From a virus (taxonomy: Duplodnaviria > Caudoviricetes): DNA of 64,000 nt. The position numbers and the translations under genes are program-made. The notes beneath the pieces were generated by a model. The model had not been told where the DNA came from and did not search any database. It saw only the letters and a program-made list of their open reading frames with translations. This document shows, piece after piece, positions 1 through 8,909 of the stretch. The DNA lies in IMG/VR virus record IMGVR_UViG_3300028591_000096; one strand, 5' to 3'. The first letter of the stretch is position 1. Every line of letters starts with the position of its first letter.

Positions 1-2
1 AC

Positions 3-3000
3 CTTGCTTCCAGCTTGAGGTTTTGAACGTCTTGGAAATATAGTGCTAAGTTTCTTAGGCATAGCCATTTCATTAATAAATGACTCACTTAGAGCTATTC
101 TGTTCTTAATGATATCAGCTACACTTTCGTTATTTCTCTTAGTCATTGTAAATACATGTTTTGGTTTATTTTCGAGTTCACTTATTGGTGTAAGAGTCTT
201 CATCAATGATGTAACATATTTATTCTGAGCATCCTTTGATATATGTTTATTCATTGGATAACATACATTGATTGATACACGCCCAGTAACTGCCTGTGGA
301 GCATTGTCAAATCCACCCAAATTGGCAAGATTAAACATTACTAAATCACCACCTATTTCCTTAGGGAACCCAACAGGGAATCCTCTGAATGTTCTGGTAT
401 TCTTCAGTTTTACATTACCGATAAGCTGATCGATAGTCATTACGGAACAAGCTTCGCAGAGATTATTGATGTTAGATCCATCAACATCCATATGAAGAAT
501 AACATGAGCTTCCTCTGTAACATAATATGTATTAGGAGTAGCCATTACAGCCGTATATTCCTTTACCATATTACAGTTAGGGAAGAACTTTTCCAGATTA
601 GCAACAAGTTCAGGAAGAACCTTCTCAAGCTGACCCACAGCACGAGCACCCTGAATTTCGGCTTTTCTCAGACGCTCATTCTTTTCATCTTCTGTTCTTT
701 CAGATGGATCGATCTGAGCTTGTTGTTGCTTTTGCTGAATCTTCTTCAAGCCTCCAAGAGCCTCGTTCATATTCATTCTCTTTTGGTTAATATTCATTGA
801 TTCACTTTTCAAGTCGATAATACCACGACTCTTTCTGATACGATCTTCAATTTTCTTCATTGTTTCAGCGGCTTGAGACGCAAACTCCTTTTTCCATTCT
901 TCAGATGGATCGATCTGACCTTGTTGTTGCTGTGTCTGACCTTGACTCTTTCTGATACGATCTTCAATTTTCTTCATTGTTTCAGCGGCTTGAGACGCAA
1001 ACTCCTTTTTCCATTCTTCAGATGGATCGATCTGACCTTGTTGTTGCTGTGTCTGACCTTGTTGTTGCTGTGGCGGAATCTTCTTCAAGCTTCCAAGAGC
1101 CTCGTTCATATTCATTCTCTTTTGGTTAATATTCATTGATTCACTTAATATTTGTTTTCTAAATGCTTCTACTGAAATTTCATAGTGTTGTGAATACTTT
1201 GATACAAGTTGATCCATTTCTTCTGTAACTTCCTTGAGATACATATTAGCATAATCGTTATATATTACGTAAAGCATTCTCTCAAGTGTATGCTGACCTA
1301 ATTTAGCCGCGAATGGTTTAATGTTTCCAGAATACTGCATGCCAGAAACGTCTGTAATGATAATGATCGCATTAATATCATAATTAAGCTCACCATCATT
1401 CATATAGTTCTTGATAATATGCTTGTAAACTTCGTGAATGTTCGTACCACCACCGTCATCAGCACCTTCAATACCCCAGTTTTCATCCTGTACTGTATAT
1501 GAATCCACATCAAAGTGTTCATTATATACAACATCATCAAACAGATGAATATCAACAGTATTGAAATGACAATCCTGCATAATCTTTCCAACTTCACCAG
1601 CCATGATAGGAATAAGCTGTGTCATGCCGTTATTTACAGAACCAGATGTATCTATATATACAACACACTTATTAAAATCATTGAAAGCCTTTACTCTATG
1701 TTTAAGACCTATACCAGTTCTCTGATATACGTTCTTACGTAGTGGGCCTTTTTCATATGTATGAGATCTCTCGGAAATAAAATCCTGTAAGGCTTTTTTC
1801 CAGTCGATAATACCTTCACGACTCTTTCTGATACGACCTTCAATTTTATTCTTCATTGTTTCAGCGGCAGACACAAGCTCCTTATCGTCTTGTGGGGCAT
1901 GTTTGAATATATCGCCAATGATAGGGAATGCTTCTTTAATCATAGCGTCTTCATCATCACTCATACCCCAATCTGGATCCTTAGGTGTAACACCCATTTC
2001 CTTGCGTATTTCATCACCTATCTTTTCATCTATTACGTGAGCACCAATCATAAGTTCACCTGGATCTACTGTTCCGTTCCTCATAACAATAACATCATCT
2101 GGAACATAGATTTCTTTCTCTTCTGGATCCTGTTGTTTGTTTCCACTACCTTTTATTGTATTTCTGAACAGATCATGAATCTTGCTTGTTCTCTCATCAT
2201 CATTTATACTTGTATCATCGAGCAAAGCTGCAATGTCATCATCGATAGATTCATTCAATGATTCGAGAATCTTCATAGGATCAAGATTATCTGGAAGCTC
2301 AACCTGGTCTCTCATAACAGGTGCAAGACCTCTATGTTTGTACATTTCCTCAGCATATTTCTTACCAAGAATATATCCTATAGAATATTCGTCAATCTGT
2401 GAAGCATTTTCTTGTGAACCTTGTTGCTGTTGGTTTCCTTGTCCATGCTGACCGTTTTGATTCTGGCTTTGTGAATTACCTTGTCCTTGACCTTGCTGTT
2501 GGTTTCCTTGTCCCTGCTGTCCTTGTGAACCACCACCTTGACCATTCTGATTACCAGATTGTCCCTGCTGTCCACCTTGCTGACCTTGAGACTGTGAACC
2601 ACCTTGTCCGTTTTGCTGATTACCTTGAGATCCTTGAGATCCTCCACCGTTCTGTTGATTACCAGACTGGTTTCCTTGCTGTCCGCTTTGAGAACCACCA
2701 TTTGATCCTTGATTACCAGATTGATTACCTTGCTGACCATTTTGTCCACCATTTGAACCATTCTGACCTTGATTACCAGACTGATTACCCTGATTTCCTT
2801 GTGATCCGTTTCCGTTTTGCTGATTACCATTCTGTTGACCATTCTGACCAACACCCTGATTCTTCAACTGATTATGGCTTACATTATGGACACCATTGTT
2901 ATTGTTCTGTCCATTCTGTCCCTGACCCTGTCCTTGACCTTGACCGTTTTGTCCCTGTCCCTGACCGTTCTGACCTTGTTGACCGTTACCTTGATTCTGA

Positions 3001-3230
3001 CCCTGGCCTTGTCCCTGACCATTCTGATTCTGATCATCATTTTGTCCGTTGCCACTATTTCCACCAGAGGCAGAATTACCAGCACCACCAGCATCTTTTG
3101 TATCAGCACCAGTCACACCACCAGAATTTGCGGAATTGTAAATATCCTTAATCTTCTGGATTTTCTCTTGCTTGGATAATGTCTTATCCTGTACAACTTG
3201 GTTGATTTCTTTTTTTACATCGTAACGCAT
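3..3230 (-). CDS. Large vWA-domain protein (DUF2201-C-like) with N-terminal Q/N/G-rich low-complexity region and internal repeats; runs off the left edge (at least 1076 aa)
   Basis: ATG at 3230 (MRYDVKKEINQ...) is in frame with open sequence at the window edge; it is absent from the ORF track, consistent with no in-window stop. MIDAS motif VVYIDTSGSV (about 1638-1652), GGGT and IIITD vWA motifs, preceded by IDWKKAL. Confidence 0.85.
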   Translation of the reverse strand, partial: MRYDVKKEINQVVQDKTLSKQEKIQKIKDIYNSANSGGVTGADTKDAGGAGNSASGGNSGNGQNDDQNQNGQGQGQGQNQGNGQQGQNGQGQGQNGQGQGQGQGQNGQNNNNGVHNVSHNQLKNQGVGQNGQQNGNQQNGNGSQGNQGNQSGNQGQNGSNGGQNGQQGNQSGNQGSNGGSQSGQQGNQSGNQQNGGGSQGSQGNQQNGQGGSQSQGQQGGQQGQSGNQNGQGGGSQGQQGQGNQQQGQGQGNSQSQNQNGQHGQGNQQQQGSQENASQIDEYSIGYILGKKYAEEMYKHRGLAPVMRDQVELPDNLDPMKILESLNESIDDDIAALLDDTSINDDERTSKIHDLFRNTIKGSGNKQQDPEEKEIYVPDDVIVMRNGTVDPGELMIGAHVIDEKIGDEIRKEMGVTPKDPDWGMSDDEDAMIKEAFPIIGDIFKHAPQDDKELVSAAETMKNKIEGRIRKSREGIIDWKKALQDFISERSHTYEKGPLRKNVYQRTGIGLKHRVKAFNDFNKCVVYIDTSGSVNNGMTQLIPIMAGEVGKIMQDCHFNTVDIHLFDDVVYNEHFDVDSYTVQDENWGIEGADDGGGTNIHEVYKHIIKNYMNDGELNYDINAIIIITDVSGMQYSGNIKPFAAKLGQHTLERMLYVIYNDYANMYLKEVTEEMDQLVSKYSQHYEISVEAFRKQILSESMNINQKRMNMNEALGSLKKIPPQQQQGQTQQQQGQIDPSEEWKKEFASQAAETMKKIEDRIRKSQGQTQQQQGQIDPSEEWKKEFASQAAETMKKIEDRIRKSRGIIDLKSESMNINQKRMNMNEALGGLKKIQQKQQQAQIDPSERTEDEKNERLRKAEIQGARAVGQLEKVLPELVANLEKFFPNCNMVKEYTAVMATPNTYYVTEEAHVILHMDVDGSNINNLCEACSVMTIDQLIGNVKLKNTRTFRGFPVGFPKEIGGDLVMFNLANLGGFDNAPQAVTGRVSINVCYPMNKHISKDAQNKYVTSLMKTLTPISELENKPKHVFTMTKRNNESVADIIKNRIALSESFINEMAMPKKLSTIFPRRSKPQAGSK
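827..1060. repeat. Two 117-bp tandem copies (39 aa: QGQTQQQQGQIDPSEEWKKEFASQAAETMKKIEDRIRKS) inside the vWA gene
   Basis: 827-943 and 944-1060 read identically; flanked by a further direct duplication, 701-807 versus about 1019-1147. Confidence 0.95.
2415..3130 (-). repeat. Low-complexity Gln/Asn/Gly coding repeats (QGQGQNG, GNQQ)
   Basis: Recurrent cttgacc/ctgacc/gattacc units on the plus strand, in frame with the 3230 ORF. Confidence 0.9.
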
Positions 3231-3922
3231 TTTTCAACAAGACTTTCTTTTCTTAATTTATCCATAACTTCTGCATATCCATCTGCAAAACCTTTCTTCC
3301 ATTCATCGGATGTCTTTTCAAGAACCTTTGTTCTCTTCTGTCTTGGTACTTTGTCATATATCTCTTCCCAAGTAAGACCTTTCTTTCCGAATTCATCACT
3401 ATAACATCCACCTAAAGCATTAGTAATACCTTTGAAAGGTGCTGTTCCTGGCCCCTGTCTCATGAAATTCTCAATAGTATAATTGATTTCATAGTCCTGT
3501 GCCATGTTTACTATTTCAGCATCCGAATATTTATCAAGCGTAGCCATGTGCTTGTTACAGTGATCAAACAGAATATGAAGTGCTTCGTGAATAAGAACAA
3601 ATTCAACATATAATGGACCTTTGTCTTCATCCATATTGATAAGCTGTTCAGCAAAAGCTGGGTTAATAAAGATAGAAACACCGTCAGTAGCCATAGTAGG
3701 AACATAAGGATTATCAGTATATATAATATCCTTATGTTTCATGATACGTTCAACGCTTGGAAAATACTGTGCTAAGTCTTGCATTACAGCTTCAACGACC
3801 ATAACAACAGTATCCATGTCAACGGCTGTACCATCTTTCTTTATCCAAATAGGATTTCCAGACTGCGATTCAAACAATCTGGAAGTCTCTATTGGAGCAT
3901 CTGTATATTTTATCACATACAT
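3215..3922 (-). CDS. Putative HEXXH metallopeptidase (DUF2201 N-terminal-like)
   Basis: TMATDG..IFINP, FVLIHEALHILFDH and NMAQDYEIN motifs; lies between the AAA+ and vWA genes. Confidence 0.8.
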   Translation of the reverse strand: MYVIKYTDAPIETSRLFESQSGNPIWIKKDGTAVDMDTVVMVVEAVMQDLAQYFPSVERIMKHKDIIYTDNPYVPTMATDGVSIFINPAFAEQLINMDEDKGPLYVEFVLIHEALHILFDHCNKHMATLDKYSDAEIVNMAQDYEINYTIENFMRQGPGTAPFKGITNALGGCYSDEFGKKGLTWEEIYDKVPRQKRTKVLEKTSDEWKKGFADGYAEVMDKLRKESLVEKCVTM

Positions 3923-3927
3923 AGTGA

Positions 3928-5946
3928 TTAAACTAATTCGTTTTTAGCAATAACTTCTTCTTTATAATTTGCCGCATCAGCATATGGGCCTTGCAGTGAC
4001 TTAAGATCAACATTGAATTCAAATCCGAACATTGTACTTATAGTCTTGAATCTGTTCAAGTTAAACTTACCACTGTCATAGCAGCAAGCCTCAAGGAATT
4101 GCATAAAGTGAAGCGCAGCATCAGGAGCAACACCATTCTCAAGTCCACCAGGATAACAATCCTTCAGAAGTGGGAAGATATGATTAGTGAAGTATTCCTC
4201 AATGTTAGAAGAATTAAGCTTCTGCTGCTTGATAATTTCATATTTAGCATTATCACCCTTTGTCCATACATTCTCTGCATCAGCTGGAGTGAACAAAGAG
4301 AACTGAGCAACGAATGTTGCGAATCTCTTGGCAACGTCACCACCGACGATACCAGAAGCGATGTGTGCAAGAGCAGCCTTTGGCATAGACGAAATTGCAG
4401 GATACTTCTTACCAAATCTATTATCAAGGCACTGATCAATCAACGTTTCGCTAAGTGCCTCCCAAGTACGAGGGTTAGCTGTACCCTTTTCACCATTAAG
4501 TACTCCTGTTGGATGAGTCCACATTTCATAGAAATCACCAAAATTCTTTGGATCTCTTTTAAGTTCACTTTCAATATAACTTACAATATCAGTAAGAACG
4601 TTCTTTCTTCCTGGACGACGTGAAGAATCTCTTTTTGCCCAATCAAGCCAGTCTTTAGGATCTGGAACAAAATTACAGTGGTTGAAACGAGTCTTAGATG
4701 CACCTTCAAATAAAAGAGCTTCAGAACCTCCTCTGCGACTCATATCATCTTTACGGTTAGCAGCACACACAATAATCCATCTATCACCAAATCTTAATGT
4801 AGAGTTAGAACCAATTTCACGAGTTGTTGGGGTTTGCATGAGAGAATCCATACCAGCTTGTGTCATACGTGAATATTCATCGATGAAGAATATTCCGCCA
4901 GGACCATTTTCAATTACATCATTTCCGTTCTCATCCTTAACAAGACCACCTCCATTTGCAATAGCATTGAGAAGTTCTGGATCTGCCTCATCACTTTGTG
5001 GATTATAAACTGGTAACCATGTCTTTGGAAGATCCTTAATCACAGTTTGTGTTGCCCCCTTGAAGTCATCGTTGTCAGCATCTTCAATATCATTTGATGT
5101 GATAGTCTTTACGATTGAAGCTGGCATAGTGAAGTCATCTGGACCTACGTTACCACCATTTATAGAAATAATGTTAATTTCCTTTCCAGTTTCATTCTTT
5201 ACAACCTCTTTAAGTGAACGAATAATAGAAGTCTTACCAATACCAGGCGCACCCCAGATTAAAAGAGGAAGTGAGTTAGGCTTTCTTCCTTCATAGCGAC
5301 TCATATATTCGTTTGCAATATAATTTACAATTTGTTCTTGTGACCAGTCACAAAATGTACCCTTAAGATCAATTTTTTCTTCTTTTTTAAGATATGTATC
5401 CTCAGCCTCGAACAAAGTCTTGAGAAGACTAGTTGATCCTTTAACAGATTCATTTGTTGCACCACTGAAATCAATAGCACCTTCGTATTCACCACCAAAC
5501 TCGTAATTCTCTACAGCTTCTGGTGTAATGCCGAGTTCGTTACAAAGTTCAACTGTATCAGATCCAGGAACATAGTTTACACAATTTGTAGTCTTAGCAC
5601 CTTCCATAGCATTAACTGGATGGCTTGCCTCAAGATACTTGTTTTCTGTTCCCTTGAAGATAACGAATCCGTCAGTAACGAAAGCCTTAACCAAGAATTC
5701 TTTTACATTCTTTGCAATATCCTTAACTTTTGATGCAAACTTGCGACCATACTTGTTGACTGTCTCAGCAGCACCTCGAACAGTATCAAGAACACCTTCA
5801 TCAATTTTGTCAAGATTTGTTACTCTGCCCTTAGGGACATTCTGAATAACCCCGTTCTTAAAACGAACAATGTAATTGTTTGCTGATTCATTCAGAATCT
5901 CACAATTTACAACGTTATTGCTATTCTTTAATTTATATTTTGCCAT
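3928..5946 (-). CDS. MoxR/AAA_5-like AAA+ ATPase with N-terminal extension
   Basis: Walker A GAPGIGKT, Walker B FFIDE, sensor AANR, arginine finger RF, NPRTWE motif. Confidence 0.85.
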   Translation of the reverse strand: MAKYKLKNSNNVVNCEILNESANNYIVRFKNGVIQNVPKGRVTNLDKIDEGVLDTVRGAAETVNKYGRKFASKVKDIAKNVKEFLVKAFVTDGFVIFKGTENKYLEASHPVNAMEGAKTTNCVNYVPGSDTVELCNELGITPEAVENYEFGGEYEGAIDFSGATNESVKGSTSLLKTLFEAEDTYLKKEEKIDLKGTFCDWSQEQIVNYIANEYMSRYEGRKPNSLPLLIWGAPGIGKTSIIRSLKEVVKNETGKEINIISINGGNVGPDDFTMPASIVKTITSNDIEDADNDDFKGATQTVIKDLPKTWLPVYNPQSDEADPELLNAIANGGGLVKDENGNDVIENGPGGIFFIDEYSRMTQAGMDSLMQTPTTREIGSNSTLRFGDRWIIVCAANRKDDMSRRGGSEALLFEGASKTRFNHCNFVPDPKDWLDWAKRDSSRRPGRKNVLTDIVSYIESELKRDPKNFGDFYEMWTHPTGVLNGEKGTANPRTWEALSETLIDQCLDNRFGKKYPAISSMPKAALAHIASGIVGGDVAKRFATFVAQFSLFTPADAENVWTKGDNAKYEIIKQQKLNSSNIEEYFTNHIFPLLKDCYPGGLENGVAPDAALHFMQFLEACCYDSGKFNLNRFKTISTMFGFEFNVDLKSLQGPYADAANYKEEVIAKNELV

Positions 5947-5975
5947 TTTAATATATTAAAAATTTTAATTATCAA

Positions 5976-6791
5976 TTATAAGAAAAGCCACATGAAAAGA
6001 GTATTCTCTTTCATTAAGCCTATAAGGTTGTTTACAAATTTTTCCTTTTCTGATTGAGCTAGTGAAATATGACTTGCATTTATCAAATTAAATAAAAAAG
6101 TCTTAAATTCATTTTCATGTCCTCCAGATTCCCAACCAAGTTTATTAAGGTAAGCTATAATATTCTTTGCAAATGTTCTACATTTAGTATTTTCTGGACG
6201 ATATGAAAGATTATCAATATTATCAAATGCTAAACATATTTCAGCGTACATCTCATCAGTTCTGTTTAATACAGATTCATATAATTTCTTGCTAAATCTG
6301 ATCTTGGATTTATAAGATTCATCAACACATTTGACATCAACATCACCACCATTTTCAGCGATTGTCTTGTTAATAAGAATCATCTGCTGTTCAATGTTCT
6401 TTACATTCTGCTGATAAGTTGTTTTCTTTACAAGCTTTTTGTTAGCAAGATCATTAAGAGCTATATTTGTTTGTATTAACTTTGCTTTGTTTGCTTGTGC
6501 CTGTTCATCTGTCTGAATGTCAGCAGCCTGCAAATCTCCTCTTTGTTTTTGTAAAAGAGTAATTTGATCATTCAACACCTTGATATCAGCATCGTATTGA
6601 GTTTTTAATTGAGTCTTTTTATTGACAAGTGCAACAAGTTGCTGTGAAAGTTCAGTCGTATCTGTATTTTTATCTTGTGTTTGATCTACAGTATTAGTGT
6701 TGGTTTCCTGACTTGCGTTAGATTCACCATCGCCATTCTGAATTTCATCAGCTTCTTGAAGTTTTTTGTTTGTGTAAATATTAATCTTCAT
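5976..6791 (-). CDS. Hypothetical coiled-coil protein, first gene of a late operon
   Basis: 271-aa ORF with Q/K-rich heptads; AGATAAATA lies 25 bp upstream. Confidence 0.75.
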   Translation of the reverse strand: MKINIYTNKKLQEADEIQNGDGESNASQETNTNTVDQTQDKNTDTTELSQQLVALVNKKTQLKTQYDADIKVLNDQITLLQKQRGDLQAADIQTDEQAQANKAKLIQTNIALNDLANKKLVKKTTYQQNVKNIEQQMILINKTIAENGGDVDVKCVDESYKSKIRFSKKLYESVLNRTDEMYAEICLAFDNIDNLSYRPENTKCRTFAKNIIAYLNKLGWESGGHENEFKTFLFNLINASHISLAQSEKEKFVNNLIGLMKENTLFMWLFL

Positions 6792-6815
6792 TGCTATAAA
6801 GCAAAATCATTTTAT

Positions 6816-6824
6816 TATTTATCT
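6816..6824 (-). promoter_or_regulatory. Putative late promoter AGATAAATA
   Basis: Variant of the T4 late promoter TATAAATA, recurring upstream of structural genes. Confidence 0.7.
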
Positions 6825-6876
6825 AAAAAGAAAATGCTTGAACAAATAAATAATTAAACAAAAATACAGATTACAG

Positions 6877-7017
6877 ATGAAAACTTGTCCAACATGTCCA
6901 AAGAAAAGAACATCATCAACAAAACAAGAAAACAAAAGTTCTGATATTAGAAGCACAAAATTTACATCTATTAGGACATCACCTATTATAAAATCAAGCA
7001 GAAAAACAACGATTTAA
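6877..7017 (+). CDS. Small basic protein with N-terminal CxxC (46 aa)
   Basis: MKTCPTCPKKRTSS...KTTI*; AAATAAATA upstream and a hairpin terminator downstream. Below the ORF-track cutoff. Confidence 0.55.
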   Translation: MKTCPTCPKKRTSSTKQENKSSDIRSTKFTSIRTSPIIKSSRKTTI

Positions 7018-7022
7018 ATAAG

Positions 7023-7049
7023 AAAACGCCGCATAATTTGCGACGTTTT
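7023..7049. terminator. Bidirectional intrinsic terminator
   Basis: aaaacgccgca-taatt-tgcgacgtttt hairpin between convergent ORFs. Confidence 0.7.
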
Positions 7050-7053
7050 ATTT

Positions 7054-7416
7054 TTAAGATGTAACGTATATATCTGACAATAAAAAAGATTTTAGTTTTC
7101 CTTCTGGTTCAAGCTTAAATACAAACTTGTTAGGATTTATTTCAAGCATAGGGACACCTTCATAATCTACACCATCCTTTGAAAATGCTAATGCACCTCT
7201 GTCTGGTTCATGTAATTTAAGTTCATCCCTGAGTGCAGATAATAAAGTTTTTGGTTGAACTGGGATATGTACGTCATCTAAATCTTCATCATATTCTAAT
7301 GTGTCTGGATCGTCAAGTATTATTCCATGATTTTCTGGATCCAAATCATGCATCATTTCCTCGTCTGAAATTTCATCCTCATTGTCAATATATTCATCGT
7401 AATAGATCTTTTTCAT
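7054..7416 (-). CDS. Hypothetical acidic protein
   Basis: 120-aa ORF in an operon downstream of the gp55-like gene. Confidence 0.7.
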   Translation of the reverse strand: MKKIYYDEYIDNEDEISDEEMMHDLDPENHGIILDDPDTLEYDEDLDDVHIPVQPKTLLSALRDELKLHEPDRGALAFSKDGVDYEGVPMLEINPNKFVFKLEPEGKLKSFLLSDIYVTS

Positions 7417-7450
7417 TGAATCATCATTTATTTGAGTATTTATTCCAGCA

Positions 7451-7876
7451 TTATCCGTTTAATTTTGAAAATTTTTTCTGAGAATCTTCTTTTGACATTC
7501 CATTTATATACTCAGAGAAAATTCTCTTATATCTACCTTTCTTAGCATTACGTAAGAATTCAGCATAAATCTTACGTCTTTGGCTATGATTAACAAGAAT
7601 TATCTGATTCTTAATATAATTATCAAGAAGAATTTTTGCCTGATTCTTTGGATCTGAGAAAAATTTTCTTCTGAGTTCAATCTCATGTTCAGACATAACA
7701 TCATTATTCAATTCAACAAATGACATTGCGTCATCCGATGAAAGTAAAGATCCTTCCTGTGTTTCTGATGATGTACCAATAGAATTTTCATGATCATCTA
7801 AAAGAGATTCAAATCCTCCATTTTCAAGATCATTACTAACTTGATCTATGTTTAATAAACTGTCAATATTTTGCAT
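7451..7876 (-). CDS. Hypothetical protein
   Basis: 141-aa ORF, acidic N-terminal half and basic C-terminal half. Confidence 0.7.
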   Translation of the reverse strand: MQNIDSLLNIDQVSNDLENGGFESLLDDHENSIGTSSETQEGSLLSSDDAMSFVELNNDVMSEHEIELRRKFFSDPKNQAKILLDNYIKNQIILVNHSQRRKIYAEFLRNAKKGRYKRIFSEYINGMSKEDSQKKFSKLNG

Positions 7877-7896
7877 AATTGTTTCTGTTATATTTG

Positions 7897-8343
7897 CTAA
7901 ATTGAATAAACATTATCTGATAATGAAACCTGCATACTTTGAGTTAGTTTCATATATCCAAGATTTCTCCATCCCTTTGCAAATCCGTTTCTACATATAG
8001 ACGTTATATAAGCAAACGCGTTCTGTGTCACATTCTCATCAAAATCATTGAAATATCTAATACAATCACCAACGGCTGTATATATACAATCTATTCTATC
8101 TTCTTCATTTGTATATTTAAGTTTATTTGATAATTTTGTTGCAATCTGTATAAACATCTTTGCAAGTTCATCACTAGCTTGTCCGTTGTTTTCTCGTTTA
8201 CATTTTAATATTTCAGCAAGTAGAACAGAGTTTTTTACATAGTGTTGTGATTCTGGAGTTCTTCCTATACTATTGAGTGTTTCATCAATAAATTCCTCAC
8301 CTCGTTTCTGACATCTCAGTTTTTCCTGTAATTTTGTAGACAT
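7897..8343 (-). CDS. gp55: T4 gp55-like late-transcription sigma factor
   Basis: HYVKNSVLLAEI...MFIQIATKLS...FNDFDE..QNAFAYITSICRNGF matches the gp55 pattern (YVNNKELL...NFDE...N.HAYITQACFNAF). Confidence 0.85.
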   Translation of the reverse strand: MSTKLQEKLRCQKRGEEFIDETLNSIGRTPESQHYVKNSVLLAEILKCKRENNGQASDELAKMFIQIATKLSNKLKYTNEEDRIDCIYTAVGDCIRYFNDFDENVTQNAFAYITSICRNGFAKGWRNLGYMKLTQSMQVSLSDNVYSI

Positions 8344-8371
8344 CTATTTTATAAAAGTTACTCTTTTATAT

Positions 8372-8402
8372 TATTATACGTTATTTTTATTAAAATGATT
8401 AA
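8372..8402 (-). promoter_or_regulatory. Bipartite promoter-like motif TTAATC-N16-CGTATAATA upstream of gp55
   Basis: One of five copies with identical spacing. Confidence 0.75.
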
Positions 8403-8406
8403 AAAA

Positions 8407-8436
8407 TAAAGACGGAAGATTAACCTTCCGTCTTTA
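8407..8436. terminator. Intrinsic terminator
   Basis: taaagacggaag-attaac-cttccgtcttta perfect stem. Confidence 0.8.
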
Positions 8437-8455
8437 TATTACTTTATTTTGATAA

Positions 8456-8890
8456 TTACTCATTATCGTTATCATCCTGACATATTCCTATAGATTTAAG
8501 TTCTGGGTGTTCAGCTTTGTATTGTCTATAACCACCATTCAGGTATTGAACAATACTTGAAACTTCACCCTTAACATCAGCTACAACATCATGAATTTCC
8601 TCCATCTTGTTACTAACAGCGTCCCATGATTCTTTCCTCTCATAACTATTAACTTTACTCATAGCGAGATTTTGTTCCTGTGCTGTTTGTAATTTTTCAA
8701 GCATAACAAGCATTTGGTTAACATACTTATCACCTAAGTCTATTCTTTCTGCTTGCTCTTGATTTGCTGCGGAATCAGCCTCTGTTCTTGCTTTTCTTTT
8801 TGAATATTTTAAAGCTATCAGTGATCCTATTCCACCACTACCAATCAATCCTAAAAATGTAACTACAATAGTTGTCCAATCTATAGCCAT
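8456..8890 (-). CDS. Single-TM membrane protein with coiled coil (holin-like candidate)
   Basis: Likely start MAIDWTTIVVTFLGLIGSGGIGSLIALKY at 8890; hydrophobic N-terminus followed by a coiled coil. Confidence 0.55.
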   Translation of the reverse strand: MAIDWTTIVVTFLGLIGSGGIGSLIALKYSKRKARTEADSAANQEQAERIDLGDKYVNQMLVMLEKLQTAQEQNLAMSKVNSYERKESWDAVSNKMEEIHDVVADVKGEVSSIVQYLNGGYRQYKAEHPELKSIGICQDDNDNE

Positions 8891-8909
8891 TTCAATTCCA
8901 GTTTGTTTT

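Noticed and set aside
701-1868. Diversity-generating retroelement template/variable repeats or a CRISPR array
   Set aside because: Differences between copies are not adenine-specific, there is no reverse transcriptase or cas gene in the window, and there is no repeat-spacer periodicity; the repeats are in-frame coding.
43-3179. Plus-strand and alternative-frame ORFs over the vWA gene (for example 2399-3151, 2378-2854, 873-1139)
   Set aside because: Shadow ORFs caused by low-complexity repeats within the real minus-strand gene.
3215-3240. Programmed -1 frameshift fusing the peptidase and vWA genes
   Set aside because: The A-AAA-AAG run lies after the peptidase stop, the -1 frame has a TGA two codons before its ATG, and no canonical slippery heptamer is present. 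Translational coupling is the simpler explanation.
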